The notes under the pieces: model-generated | Databases searched by the model: none | What the model was told of the DNA's origin: nothing | What the model saw: the letters and a program-made list of their open reading frames with translations, nothing else | Position numbers and translations under genes: made by a program | Origin: Balanoglossus misakiensis | Taxonomy: Eukaryota; Animalia; Hemichordata | DNA length: 64,000 bases | NCBI GenBank assembly: GCA_040954595.2 | Contig: CM082588.2 | Coordinates: 4,528,156 to 4,592,155, forward strand | Direction: 5' to 3' | In this document: positions 25,901-42,400 of the stretch, piece by piece | Position numbering within the stretch: the stretch's first letter is position 1 | Layout: every line of letters begins with the position of its first letter

Positions 25901-28900
25901 AAAACACTGTGATTAAGTCGACATGGCTACAAATGACTATCACCTGTTGTAACGCTGATGAAGTCAGGGCCTTCCACTTAGGGAAGGTCAGAGGTCGACG
26001 TTGAAATTGAGCTAGTTTCTGGCGAATCCCCGAAGAGATCTTTACATGAAGCAGTGGGTATGCTTAGAACATCTCGGCGTGTATCAATCCAAGATGAGCA
26101 CGAAAGCAAATATTCCCCCCTCGTGTTTGATAAGATTAATTTTCCGTCGAACAGTCGGATTTCTACAGTAGCATCCCAGGCGGACCAGCCGCAAGGCAAT
26201 ATTTGTTACACAGCACGTGATTCTAACCTTGGTGCAAGGGCCGACGGGCGCAACGCTGGGTGTATTTCGATGCGAAACTTTATATTCACAAGAGATAAAA
26301 GCCATCATAAGGAGAATCTGTTTTTAGTTGGAATTGTGAGACGGTGAGTTTTTCCCTCAAAACGCATGGCGGCATAGCGAACTAATATTACAGCCGCTTC
26401 AGTTACTTGGTTGCGCGTCGGGCCAACACATGGAGATTATTTTTTTTTAATTCCGCGTCAGCTGTTCTCGTGGTACCGTGACGCGTGGAAAATGCGCCGA
26501 ATGTTGGCCACGGTGCTAAGAGCAGGACGATTTTCACATTTCAAGTTTCAAGCTAAATTGGTCTTTTCGCTCGTTCGCTGTTTCGAAATGACGACTCCAA
26601 TACAACGTGGTAGAAAGAGAATCAGTAGCACGATTCTCTATCTCAAATCGGGTGTTGTTGCTCCCTCGGCAGCTTCCTGTGTTACGCAGCTAATCTGCCG
26701 GCTGCTGCTGCCACAAAGTTCAGCTGAAGAGACAGTCCCGCCTTTGTGCTGAACCGGGAGTGTTTCCAGAGTTTTATGACTTTCTTGGTGTCTTTTTATT
26801 TTAATCGGGCATGAATGCACTCTGCAGCTTGTTTGCAAACGTGTGGTATAAAGGCGAAGGAGTTTCTCGTAGCGTACAGCCCCCGACCTATCAAAACCAC
26901 TGACCCGTAAAGGGGTGCCATTCATCGCACATGCGTATTGTGTTCACGAGTCATATCACATACGCGGTTTTCGCATTTGAATGAAGTGTAGTGTACCGGT
27001 CACTATTACCCCGCCATTGTTCAGTAAACCCTTTTGGTCACTTTTCGAGATTGTTAAAGTTGTTTTGTGATATAATTTGAACCGCGTGTAACCGACGGTT
27101 CCTTCACGGCCAAGCAGCCGAGTCAGGGGAAAGTGTTAACGTAATACGCTCCACCCCCTTTTACGGCTGGGGTATTTTTTGCGGTGGTGAAGGGCAGCCA
27201 TATTGGTTGTGCATCACCTGGAGACATTCTGGCCGATTTCTCCTCCCACGGAGAATTCTTCAGGGTGGACGCAGTCACGAACAAAAGCCGGTGGAAATAA
27301 CATTCCCAGCGGTAACAGAAGTTTCCAGTTGACCGTGACTTGCAAACACACCTGCATGTCAGGTCTGTGAGGGTTAATCATGGTCATGGTGACGGACAAC
27401 AAAACCTTGACATTCTCGGACTTTCTGACATTCACAGCTCACGGTTGCACAAGGAACCATGCTTAATCCGCCAGCTTTGTCTTGCAACAGTCAATCGCAG
27501 GGCTAGACAGCCGAATTTGTATAGCGAAAAGTCCCTAAGCAAGACTTGTTCTTGTTCTACTCCACACACCATGCCAAACTCGCCAACTTCTAGTACACTG
27601 CTGGCCAGCGTATCCTATACGCGTACAAAAACAGCCGTTCTTGTCGACAAATGAATTCAAGTCCCTCAGCAGCTGTCATTAGAGCAAATTCTAACAAGTC
27701 GATAAAAACATACTTTTGTCGCCAGTGATCGTCAAAATCACAAAGTCAACGCTAAATGGACAAAAGTGTGGCAGACTTCACCATAAGGTCCCGAACATCT
27801 GGTTCTTAATTTTTTGTTATTTTGAACCGTTTCCCAGAGTTTCCTTTGTTGAAATGGGGAATACGAGGGTTCGATTGGCTTTTCCGTATTGGCCTTCTCA
27901 TGATCCTTGGAATGAAATCAATTGCTGCGTGCATGGCGTTTTTAGGACGCGGACTTAATGTGTAAATTTCAATGCGGGTCACGCCCGTGTCATCTTAACA
28001 CCATTCCGAACGTTTTACGGTGGTTTCTGAATGTACAAGGAGACGTGTCAAGTCAGTGGTAATTAGGATTTAGCGAGACCAACATGGCACGCGAACCACG
28101 TCTTTCAGTGTCGGTGATTTTGACATGGTATGCCGCATCACAGCTGTTAGGGGTCAGTGATCACTGGTGTATGTGTGAATGAATGAATGAATGTGTGAAT
28201 GTTAAGCAGTTTGTAGGTTTAGAGGTATATAGAGTTGTGGGCCGATGCGCCTGTGTAATATTTGTGAGAGAGAGAGCCAGAGATAGGGTTGTGGTTAGAC
28301 TTGCTCCAAGTCTATGGGCTGTGTAGGGAACGTGTCGGCTTGGTCGACGCTACCCGAAACCACAAGCTCAGTCGCAAATTCGAAACTCGCCTCACTACCA
28401 AAAACACGCTTAAGGCAAGCATGCATGCAAAAAGTATTGAAATTATTTATTAAGACAAAAAACCACCGAAAACACAAAAAGTATTGAGATTTAAAAATCA
28501 CCAAGCGACTAGCGGGCTAGTCTAGGTTGTGGTCATAAGCTGTTATTAGCGTCACGTGATAGGATAAAGTAAATAATAATGTCAGCTTGCCGGTATATTT
28601 TGTTGTTTATATATATACATACACAAAGCTTGCAAACGCATAAAGTCTGTTTTGGATCTCCTGGTGGCTGGAATCGGCATTTAGATCGCTTTAATCCGGC
28701 AAACAATGAAGCGAAAGATGGCTACAAAAACCATTGTAGATCGTGTGGTAATCTGTCCTATTGAAACACATATCCCCCGTTCTTTGTACACAGATTTTTC
28801 ATCCGATTAATACCAGCGCTTCTTCTGTGTGTTTGCGCTCGATTCAATTAATGTGGGTTTGTTTGCTGAGGAGTTTCAATATGTTCCCCTAGCCTGACCT

Positions 28901-29454
28901 CATTGAGTCAGATGACGTAACCGTGTTGTCTGTTGCGCAGATCGTTATGTCGCCCGAAACAATGGTGGGTCTTCTCTGCTGAAAGAGGCTGGTAATGATA
29001 ACTATGTAACATACGTCAACTGTACCACAATCTCATCAGTAGCTGCAAAATTGTTACCACAACCACCAGTACCGACAATTTTCCATGATATTAATATCTG
29101 GTGACATTGGAAGTACAGGGTCCCATGTATTTGCATATCTTAAGCCGATTGGCTATTGTTTGACTTTAATTAGAAATTGCCCTATCTCGTTATCGCTCCC
29201 TGTTCTGATACAATTACACATGAGAACAACAGCTACATTACAAAAAGCAACAGAAATCCCTTAAACAAACCGGCCAACGACAACTGCTAAATAAACACCT
29301 TTGTCTAATTCGGGGCATCCATTTGGCGCAGTGCCAATGTGTTCTTGCGCGAGCGGTGATGTGACGACTGACACGGGCGCTTTTTTTCTCTGAGTGCACA
29401 TGTGTTTCGCAATCGGGAAAATTACCGTACTCCAGTAACACAAATGCAATGTGG

Positions 29455-32400
29455 CACCACACCACATCGCACCACACCACACCACACCACACCACACCAC
29501 ACCACACCACACCACACCACACCACACCACACCACACCACACCACACCACACCACACCACATCGCACCACACCGCACCGCACCACACCACACCACACCAC
29601 ACCACACCACACCACACCACACCACACCACACCACACCACACCACACCACACCACATCGCACCACACCACACCACACCACACCACACCACACGTACCACA
29701 CCACACCACACCACACCACACCACACCACACCACATCGCACCACACCACACCACACCACACGTACCACACCACACCACACAACACCACACCACACCACAC
29801 CACACCACACCACACCACACCACACCACACCACACCACACCACACCACACCACACCACACCACACCACACCACACCACACCACACAACATCGCACCACAC
29901 CGCACCGCACCACACCACACCACACCACACCACACCACACCACACCACACCACACCACATCGCACCACACCACACCACACCACACCACACCACACGTACC
30001 ACACCACACCACACCACACCACACCACACCACACCACACCACATCGCACCACACCACACCACACCACACCACACCACACCACACGTACCACACCACACCA
30101 CACCACACCACACCACACCACACCACACCACACCACACCACACCACACCACACGTACCACACCACATCACACAACACCACACCACACCTAACCACACGTA
30201 CCACACCACACCACACAACACCACACGTACCACACCACACAACACCACACCACACCACACCACACCACACCACACCACACCACACCACACCACACCACAC
30301 GTACCACACCACACCACACCACACCACACCACACGTACCACACCACATCACACCACACCACACCACACCACACCACACCACACAACACCACACGTACCAC
30401 ACCACACCACACAACACCACACGTACCACACCACACCACACCACACCACACCACACCACACCACACGTACCACACCACATCACACCACACCACACCACAC
30501 CACACGTACCACACCACACCACACCACACCACACCACACCACACCACACCACACCACACCACACGTACCACACCACATCACACCACACCACACCACACGT
30601 ACCACACCACACCACACAACACCACACGTACCACACCACACCACACCACACCACACCACACCACACCACACCACACCACACCACACCACACCACACCACA
30701 CCACACGTACCACACCACACCACACAACACCACACCACACCACACCACACCACACCACACGTACCACACCACACCACACAACACCACACGTACCACACCA
30801 CACCACACCACACCACACCACACCACACCACACCACACCACACCACATCACACCACACCACACCACACCACACCACATGTACCACACCACACCACACAAC
30901 ACCACACGTACCACACAACACCACACCACACCACACCACACCACACCACACCACACCACACCACACCACACCACACCACACGTACCACACCACACCACAC
31001 CACACCACACCACACCACACCACACCACACCACACCACACCACATCGCACCACACCACACCACACCACACCACACCACACGTACCACACCACACGTACCA
31101 CACCACACCACACAACACAACACCACACCACACCACACGTACCACACCACATCACACCACACCTCACCACACCACACGTACCACACCACACCACACAACA
31201 CCACACGTACCACACCACACCACACCACACCACACCACACCACACGTACCACACCACACCACACCACACAACACCACACCACACCACACCACACCACACG
31301 TACCACACCACATCACACCACACCACACCACACCACACCACACCACACGTACCACACCACACCACACAACACCACACGTACCACACCACACAACACCACA
31401 CCACACCACACCACACCACACCACACCACACCACACCACGCCACACCACACCACACCACACCACACCACGCCACACCACACCACACCACACCACACCACA
31501 CGTACCACACCACACGTACCACACCACACCACACAACACCACACATACCACACCACACCACACAACACCACACCACACCACATCGCACCACACCACACCA
31601 CACCACACGAACCACACCACACCACACAACACCACACCACACCACACCACACCACACCACACCACACCACACCACTCGTACCACACCACTCGTACCACAC
31701 CACATCACACCACACCACACCACACCACACCACACGTACCACACCACACCACACCACACCACACGTACCACACCACACCACACAACACCACACCACACCA
31801 CACCACACCACACCACACGTACCACACCACATCACACCACACCACACCACACCACACAACACCACACCACACCACACCACACCACACCACACCACACCAC
31901 ACCACACCGCACCGCACCGCACCGCACCGCACCGCACCACACCACACCACACCACACCACACCACACCACACCACACCACACCACACCACACCACACCGC
32001 ACCACACCACACCACACCACACCACACCACACCACACCACACGTACCACACCACACCACACCACACCATACCACACCACACCACACCACACCACACCACA
32101 CCACACCACATCGCACCACACCACATCACACCACACCACACCACACGTACCACACCACACCACACAACACCACACCACACCACACCACACGTACCACACC
32201 ACATCACACCACACCACACCACACCACACGTACCACACCACACCACACAACACCACACGTACCACACCACACCACACAACACCACACCACACCACACCAC
32301 ACCACACCACACCACACGTACCACACCACACCACACAACACCACACCACACCACACCACACGTACCACACCACACCACACAACACCACACGTACCACACC

Positions 32401-35400
32401 ACACCACACCACACCACACCACACGTACCACACCACATCACATCACACCACACCACACCACACCACACCACACGTACCACACCACACCACACAACACCAC
32501 ACGTACCACACCACACCACACAACACCACACGTACCACACCACACCACACCACACCACACCACACCACACGTACCACACCACATCACACCACACCACACC
32601 ACACCACACGTACCACACCACACCACACCACACCACACCACACCACACCACACCACACCACACCACACGTACCACACCACATCACACCACACCACACCAC
32701 ACCACACCACACCACACGTACCACACCACACCACACAACACCACACGTACCACACCACACCACACAACACCACACCACACCACACCACACCACACCACAC
32801 GTACCACACAACACCACACAACACCACACCACACCACACGTACCACACCACACAACACCACACAACACCACACGTACCACACCACACCACACAACACCAC
32901 ACCACACCACACCACACCACACCACACCACACCACACCACACCACACCACACCACACGTACCACACCACATCACACCACACCACACCACACGTACCACAC
33001 CACACGTACCACACCACACCACACCACACCACACCACACCACACCACACCACACCACACCACACCACACGTACCACACCACACCACACCACACCACACCA
33101 CACCACACCACACCACACCACATCGCACCACACCACACCACACCACACCACACGTACCACACCACACCACACCACACCACACCACACCACACCACACCAC
33201 ACCACACCACACGTACCACACCACATCACACCACACCACACCACACCACACCACACGTACCACACCACACCACACAACACCACACGTACCACACCACACC
33301 ACACCACACCACACCACATCGCACCACACCACACCACACCACACCACACGTACCACACCACACAACACCACACCACACCACACCACACCACACCACACCA
33401 CACCACACCACACCACACCACACGTACCACACCACATCACACCACACCACACCACACCACACGTACCACACCACACCACACAACACCACACGTACCACAC
33501 CACACAACACCACACCACACCACACCACACCACACCACACCACACCACACCACAACACACGTACCACACCACATCACACCACACCACACCACACCACACC
33601 ACACCACACGTACCACACCACACCACACCACACCACACCACACGTACCACACCACACCACACAACACCACACGTACCACACCACACCACACCACACCACA
33701 CCACACCACACCACACCACACCGCACCACACCACACGTACCAAACCACATCACACCACACCACACCACACGTACCACACCACACCACACAACACCACACG
33801 TACCACACCACACCACACAACACCACACCGCACCACACCACACCACACCACACGTACCACACCACACCACACAACACCACACCACACCACACCACACCAC
33901 ACCACACCACACCACACCACACCACACCACACCACACCACACGTACCACACCACATCACACCACACCACACCACACCACACCACACGTACCACACCACAC
34001 CACACCACACCACACCACACCACACCACACGTACCACACCACACCACACAACACCACACCACACCACTCCACACGTACCACACCACATCACACCACACCA
34101 CACCACACCACACCACACCACACCACACCACACCACACCACACCACACCACACCACATCGCACCACACCACACCACACCACACCACACCACACCACACCA
34201 CACCACACCACACGTACCACACCACACCACACCACACCACACCACACCACACCACACCACATCGCACCACACCACACCACACCACACCACACGTACCACA
34301 CCACACCACACAACACCACACCACACCACACCACACCACACCACACCACACCACACCACACCACACCACACGTACCACACCACATCACACCACACGTACC
34401 ACACCACACCACACAACACCACACGTACCACACCACACCACACAACACCACACCACACCACACCACACCACACCACACGTACCACACCACACCACACAAC
34501 ACCACACCACACCACACGTACCACACCACACCACACAACACCACACCACACCACACGTACCACACCACACCACACAACACCACACGTACCACACCACACC
34601 ACACCACACCACACCACACCACACGTACCACACCACATCACACCACACCACACGTACCACACCACACCACACAACACCACACGTACCACACCACACCACA
34701 CAACACCACACGTACCACACCACACCACACCACACCACACCACACCACACCACACGTACCACACCACATCACACCACACCACACCACACCACACGTACCA
34801 CACCACACCACACCACACCACACCACACCACACCACACCACACCACACCACACCACACGTACCACACCACATCACACCACACCACACCACACCACACCAC
34901 ACCACACCACACGTACCACACAACACCACACAACACCACACGTACCACACCACACCACACAACACCACACCACACCACACGTACCACACCACACCACACA
35001 ACACCACACCACACCACACGTACCACACCACACTACACCACACGTACCACACCACACCACACAACACCACACCACACCACACCACACCACACGTACCACA
35101 CCACACCACACCACACCACACCACACCACACCACACCACACGTACCACACCACACGTACCACACCACACCACACAACACCACACGTACCACACCACACCA
35201 CACCACACCACACCACACCACACCACACCACATCGCACCACACCACACCACACCACACCACACCACACGTACCACACCACACCACACCACACCACACCAC
35301 ACCACACCACACCACACCACACCACACCACACGTACCACACCACATCACACCACACCACACCACACCACACCACACCACACCACACGTACCACACCACAC

Positions 35401-36455
35401 CACACAACACCACACGTACCACACCACACCACACCACACCACACCACACCACACGTACCACACCACACGTACCACACCACACCACACCACACCACACCAC
35501 ACCACACCACACCACACGTACCACACCACATCACACCACACCACACCACACCACACGTACCACACCACACCACACCACACCACACCACACGTACCACACC
35601 ACACCACACCACACCACACCACACCACACGTACCACACCACATCACACCACACCACACCACACCACACCACACAACACCACACCACACCACACCACACCA
35701 CACCACACCACACCACACAACACCACACCACACCACACCACACCACACCACACGTACCACACCACATCACACCACACCACACCACACCACACCACACGTA
35801 CCACACCACACCACACCACACCACACCACACCACACCACACCACACCACACCACACGTACCACACCACATCACACCACACCACACCACACCACACGTACC
35901 ACACCACACCACACAACACCACACGTACCACACCACACCACACAACACCACACCACACCACATCGCACCACACCACACCTCACCACACCACACCACACCA
36001 CACCACACCACACGTACCACACCACACGTACCACACCACACCACACCACACCACACCACACCACACCACACGTACCACACCACATCACACCACACCACAC
36101 CACACCACACGTACCACACCACACCACACCACACCACACGTACCACACCACACCACACCACACCACACCACACCACACCACACCACACGTACCACACCAC
36201 ATCACACCACACCACACCACACCACACAACACCACACCACACCACACCACACCACACCACACCACACCACACCACACCACACCACACCACACAACACCAC
36301 ACCACACCACACCACACCACACGTACCACACCACATCACACCACACCACACCACACCACACCACACGTACCACACCACACCACACAAAACCACACCACAC
36401 CACACCACACCACACCACACCACACCACACCACACCGCACCACACCACACCACAC
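29455..36455. repeat. 7-kb (CACAC)n / (GTGTG)n pentanucleotide satellite with recurring variant units (GTAC, CATCGCAC, CATCACAC, AACAC, CGCAC)
   Basis: Directly visible; accounts for all HHTTP and VVWCG pseudo-ORFs in the ORF track. Confidence 0.99.
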
Positions 36456-39400
36456 AAAGCGACCAAGCGTCAGCGAACTTTACTCGACCTCGGAAAAAAA
36501 TAAAATAAAATGGTCTACTCGTTAAATTAAACGGAAGCATGATTTTTTATTTGGGCTTACAAACGTTGAGAACATTCCTACCGTTATAAATTTTACCTAA
36601 GTCAGCGCATCCTTGAAAAAAAAATATAAATTTTGGCATCCCGTAGTACTTCTTAGTAAGTCCTCGTCAGGAGGGGCAAGGCAGAGTAAAGTTGTTGTTT
36701 AACGGCGAAATATCAGAGTGATTTCGCTGCCCTTGTATTTTTGCGCTCTCGTGTATCGACGTTTGAAGTGACAGTTATGGTTGTGATAGTGGCATGGTGG
36801 TTTCCATGACAACTGTACTCCATCGGTAACTATTCCACGGCTTAGCGACTCTAGATTATCGTTTTAATCTTCTTTGTGTGAACAGAGGAGATTTGTCGTC
36901 AAGAGTTAATTACATTGCGCACAGAGAGTACCAATTCTAGTTTCATACAATAGTTGACTTTCTTTTCTAGCAACCCGTTGCTATGGTAATTTGCCAAGTC
37001 TCTCGCGAGATCTCGCAATGAGCAGAAAGTCATCTATTTTCGAGAAATCTCTCCCACCCACTCCCATAATCCTCGTGGTAAATACTATAATGATATTCCC
37101 AGTCTTAGTGATGGATGTAGTTAGCGCGCTCTTTCGAAACGGACCTGCAATGTACACTTTAAAAGTCGGCAATTTCAAAGAGCTACCACTAACCATTTGA
37201 AATTCCTCCGCTAATGATAGCCGATATCTGTTGCCGCCTAATGAGAACTATTTATCTATAATATACGACATTTGCGTGACATGGTAACCTCCTTCTTGTC
37301 GATGTGTTTAACATGTGTCTGAAAATGGGCACCCTCCAAGGCGAATGCGGCAATTATGGTCAGAGATTTCGCTCGGCATGGGAAGTATCAGACGGATTTT
37401 GGGGGCTTCTCTGTGAATTTGCGAAGAGACATCTGTGCGACCTGTCGGAAAGACATTGAAAACGCCCGCTATTTACGAATGAAACAAACATCGTAAATCA
37501 CCGGAGTTATATTCCGTCTCGCGCACGCTCACACGGCAGACTTAAATCTCCCCTAGCGGCAAACTGTTGTACCAGCACTGCAGAGTTTAGCATGATGCCG
37601 TTAGAGAGATTACCAGACAGCGTTCAAAATGAAACGTGCTATCTTTCAGTAGCATTCCGAGAGTTGCATTGAATTTTTAGAGGGTGGTGTTCATATGATG
37701 ACGTGTCTGCATTTGAAGGAGAAAGGTGGCCCGAGGAAAGCCGATACATATCGACTCTGTCTCGAACAGACGACCACAGAGAAAATCTTAAAACGTTTTT
37801 GTTGGTGCGCCGAAATCGATAAAGATCGGCGGCGTTCTCGATAATGGCCAAAAGGACAGAAACATATCATGGCATCTTCTCCGACAAACTAGGTCACATT
37901 GTTTCAGAACAACTTCGATGAGATATATCTCGCGGCCGCTGGAATGTTTTCAAGTCGGCGACTGAGGGAAGCTCAGTAAAAGAAGACGAACGTTTCCAGA
38001 CATTTAATCGGGCGTTAACTTCATCTGCAAGACCGCGGAATGACCTTGTGTCCGTAAACGACATATTTATCTGACAGTAATGGGTTGACGGCAGAATTTT
38101 GAAGTGAACGATGGAGGGGTTGTACGTCTGCTGCGTGCCAAACTTTTCCCGCCCGGTAAAGGGCTGAATAAATCACATTTATCGTGCCTAAAAAGAATAC
38201 AAGACTATTTTTGTCCATGCACGAAGACATGGAAATTAAATGATTTTTTTAAATGCAGAATATTTGTGCAATATATATCCGGCACTGCACAGCAAGTGAC
38301 CACAATGATTTTGTTGGCATCCATCGTCTACAAAATCTCCTGGGTGGTAAAGCAGACGATTAAGCTTCCGCCAAAAATAACCCTGATACAGCTATCATGA
38401 TTAATGAGCGATGACTTAATAGTGTCTATCTCTGTGACGTCACAATCAGCTCACTGGACAAGATTGTGCACGAATCAAACGTACCACTTGATATCGTCGT
38501 CACGTTGCTCGGTAGTAAAGTGCCCGACCGGACAGCTAGTGGTGACGTCATTTCTGAGATTCAACAACTCTTGGATGGCCAGCGCTGCAGTTAATTGGGC
38601 GATGGTCTCACCCGTAGTGGGAACTGCCAGAAACACGTGCACGGTGCATCGTCACGGTTCGATGATTGTTAAATGCAAAGTATGACACAATTGCGCATGT
38701 GTACGTCGTTTTACGATAAATTTCAAGTGAGCAATAACGCGTTTTATTGACGAAGAGGCGAGATCCCATGCATAAATTCATCACTCGCCATCCCCGTGTG
38801 TGCTACGTAATTTTAAGATGTCTGTGTTACCGGCCAAAAGCGTTTTAAATTGCGGTGACATTTGGGATGCTGGAAACAAGAGCATGGCCGATGTTTCACT
38901 GAGTTTTGACACCCCTTGCAAAATCTATTGACCCATCCCTGAGCCGTGGTTCCGGTCACTCACGGATTCGAATGACCAAATAGCATTGCGTCGACCGTGG
39001 CAGAGATTCGCAATGGAGGAACCATCTGCGGAGACTTATCAGCGATGGCAACCAGTTTCGCCGCGGTGTGAGTAATTGCCCGGGCTAAGGAGGAGAAACC
39101 TCGCCGACAAAAAAACATAACAGGTTGATTAATGACTCGCCACCAAGCCCTGGCGTGTGAACAGAGTACCGAAGCATGGGAAAACTTGATATTTCTTTGA
39201 TTAATGGTTTTGGTGTTTGTTTTCTCTCAAGAGCGCTTAGCGGTAGCTTTTCCGAACGATACATTCTAAAACTGAGAAACAGCTTAGTGACAGTGCAGCT
39301 TCGGCGGAAATTCTGTAAGAAAACACATCCGTCGGGAAAATGGGTGCTGGTAGTCACATGACTTTCGTGGGGGTAGTGTTCATGTTTTGGGACACATTTT

Positions 39401-42400
39401 AAACTGATTACAGGACTGTAAATAATGTCCTGATTTTATTGCGACGATGTGCTAGTTCACCGAGATTGCAATCAGATGATCGTGTAAGCGAATATATGAC
39501 GTGCGCACTTACCACTTACGAATGCCAATGCCTGGTTTTAATCTGCTGGCTGGCTGTGTTAAAGTATTCCCACCGAACAGCACATATATTTTAAGGTATA
39601 GTGTAACGTAATATAACCTGATGTAAGGAACATGTAATGTAATGTAATGCAATGTAATGTGATGTCATTCCGGCACCTTTGCAGTCTGAGATCATACGGT
39701 CACTCGCAGACAATGGAGGCAACACTTTTTGAGCTTTTGACGACGTTCTTCCCCCTGCCATTTGGTTCACTTTGTATAAAGGTCAAAAGAGCAACATCAA
39801 TCAATTCAATTGGCGGTCAAAGAAAGCAACAAAGCTATCGGGGTAATGTCAGTAAAACATTGAAAGAATGGCCCTGTTCGTGGCACTGCGCCTGCGCTGT
39901 GGAACATGCGGCTATCAATTTGCGGCTATCTGGCCTATTTTGGCCTTTTGGAAAACACTACCGAATGGTCCAGTAACAGTGATAATTGCACGTAGTTGTC
40001 AAGTTTAGCCAATTTAGGTTATTCCATGGGAAGTAAATGCAAGCAGGTCGTCTGCAGGATATGTGTGACCTGACAGACGCACCACACACGAGGTGCTTGT
40101 GATGATTATAATGATGACGATGGTCCACCTTTGGCGTAGTTAGAGTATGTGATGACGGATCGATAGCCCGTCTATTCAAATGCAACTATGTTTAGGAATC
40201 GGAGAGGGAATCAAAGAGGCTGCAACGTGATTGAGGTCTTCGTTATCTCAACAAGGGACGGCGGTTTCTCAGTTCAGCTGTTGTTCTTCTGTGGTGTTTT
40301 CTGAAAACCGAGCAGCCTGTTCGATATCAAGGGACCCGATGCGAAATTGTTTTGACAGTGGTCCGTTTTGATGTTGTTGTGTTCTTTAATTGCCTGATAA
40401 TTTCAGTTTGCCGCCATTAAACGTCTTGCACGAGCTTAGAAACACACCATCTCTCGAAAGATCCCCAGTCTAGTTTTATAGGCCCCTCTTATTTTTTATC
40501 ATATCAAAAGTGCGTCAAATAAATTGGTTGATCCCGTTGCTTCAAAAGCGGACAGTTGGCGGACAGTTCAATAAAAACCAAGTCTCTGTCGGTGAAAATC
40601 GACGAAGGAAGGGTTTTTTAATCGGAGGCGGAAGATTTAACTTCGACTACGATCAGAAAGAGAAAAAATAAATCATCGGCAGCTGGCTGCGGCGTGATGC
40701 ATTTATGTTTTCAGAGAAATGTCATTTTAGAAGATTTCGTTGATCATAAAGGCGAAGTAGGTACATTCCGGTACTAGTATAACTGCCCAAGGCCTAAAGT
40801 TCCTTCAGATTAAACATTGGGGGCGCCCTATAACCTCGACATCACCATGACATTGAGGGATCGGTATCAGATCATCTTGGGGCAAGGCTGTTGTCATGTC
40901 AGTTGTCATTGGTGTGGTTATGTTTTGCGATAGCGTTGTCAGGTAGTGTGAATCGACTTGGTGTTGTCAAATTATCAAAACACACACCCGACTACACACC
41001 CATCGTTTCATCCATCCATCCATCCATCCATATGTATGTATCAACTTAGGCCCTATAGCCAGGATCCTGACTGATGCGCACGCAGAAAGACGAGCGGTGT
41101 TTGTGTTAGTGGTAGGTGGTTGACCCCAGCACAGAATTGCTCGACACATGCACATGTGTTATACAGTTTGACATATCACGGGTAAAATTACATGTAAGTT
41201 CAACAGATCAAACGGTGAGTGATTAGCCATGTTTATCCACACAAACAACTAGAAAAACGAGCAACGTCTTTGCACTTAGAATATTTCAACGTCTTAGAGG
41301 TTGGCCACATGATTATTGCTATCTAATTTATTCGTCTGATGGAAATATACCAGAGAGAGTTGAAGTACGTAAGGTCCTTCTTGTGAAGATACTGTCTCTT
41401 TGAAACGATGGGAAACAGTAATATGTTGTACATTGCTGCGGTTTACGGATTGGAGATGAAAGAAAGATGGAGGATCTCGCGAGGTTTCCTTTCTAAGTTC
41501 AAATAAAAGTAGGACGCAGGCGGGCCTGAGTAGGGACGGGTCTCTGTCTGAGACACCTGTTGTAACAGGCATCCTGTCTGCGCATGTGCTCTCTACAACT
41601 GCGGAGTAATGTCGGTCCTTTGTGGTCGGAGAGCGATGCGGGGACCGGACAGTGACAGTTGAAAATTCCCGCGGGAGAGCATCGATGAAATGGCGGAATT
41701 CGCGGAATTTCAAGTTCGTTTCAAGATTGATTGCTTCGTGTCGGCCGCAGTGAATGGGAGTGGAGTTTCTGGTTCTGTCCGGTAGATTCCCAGTCCACAG
41801 GGAGCACAGAAAGGACCTCGTATCGCGGAGGGGTTAATTGGCCCCGGCCAGTCCCCGCTAAACATCAATGCAAACGTCTTGACCCCCATCTCCAAGCCTC
41901 CTGGATAAAAAGGAGTCATACGGTTCCAAGCGAGTAAATCCCAGTGGCGCATTGATATCGATAGCGGTCTCAGATGACACCATTTGCAAATCAGACATGT
42001 CCGCGACTCGGTCGTTTGGTCGCACGACCGTCCCACAAACGCTATCTCAAATATTCGGGGTACCCACTCAGAACACTCGTGTCTCGAGCTTAGTCACTGA
42101 TACGTGCATGATGCATGTCTTGATAAGATATCCCAGGTGTCCTTTCACTGTGCAATCATCCGATGATGTCATAAACAGGTGTTCCTATTTAAATTACACC
42201 GAACAATGTTTATGATATTGATATATAAATGTGACTAGTTTATAGCCATTCAATAAATACCAGCGATATACTGTGTATCATCCCATTATACTTTTTGTCT
42301 TTTTGCCTGTCTCTTTGCTTGTGTTTGTGTGCTACATGTACCACCTTACTTTTAACATACATGTACACTCATACACACTTGTATGTTTATATTCAGTTTC

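Noticed and set aside
29455-36455. Interstitial telomere (resembles yeast C1-3A)
   Set aside because: No TTAGGG/TTAGG units and the locus is animal; the similarity is only compositional.
29238-36540. Giant 2368/2358-aa His/Thr/Pro ORFs and Val/Trp/Cys/Gly ORFs
   Set aside because: Artefacts of a stop-poor pentamer repeat; the same peptide appears in all frames and variant units shift the register freely.
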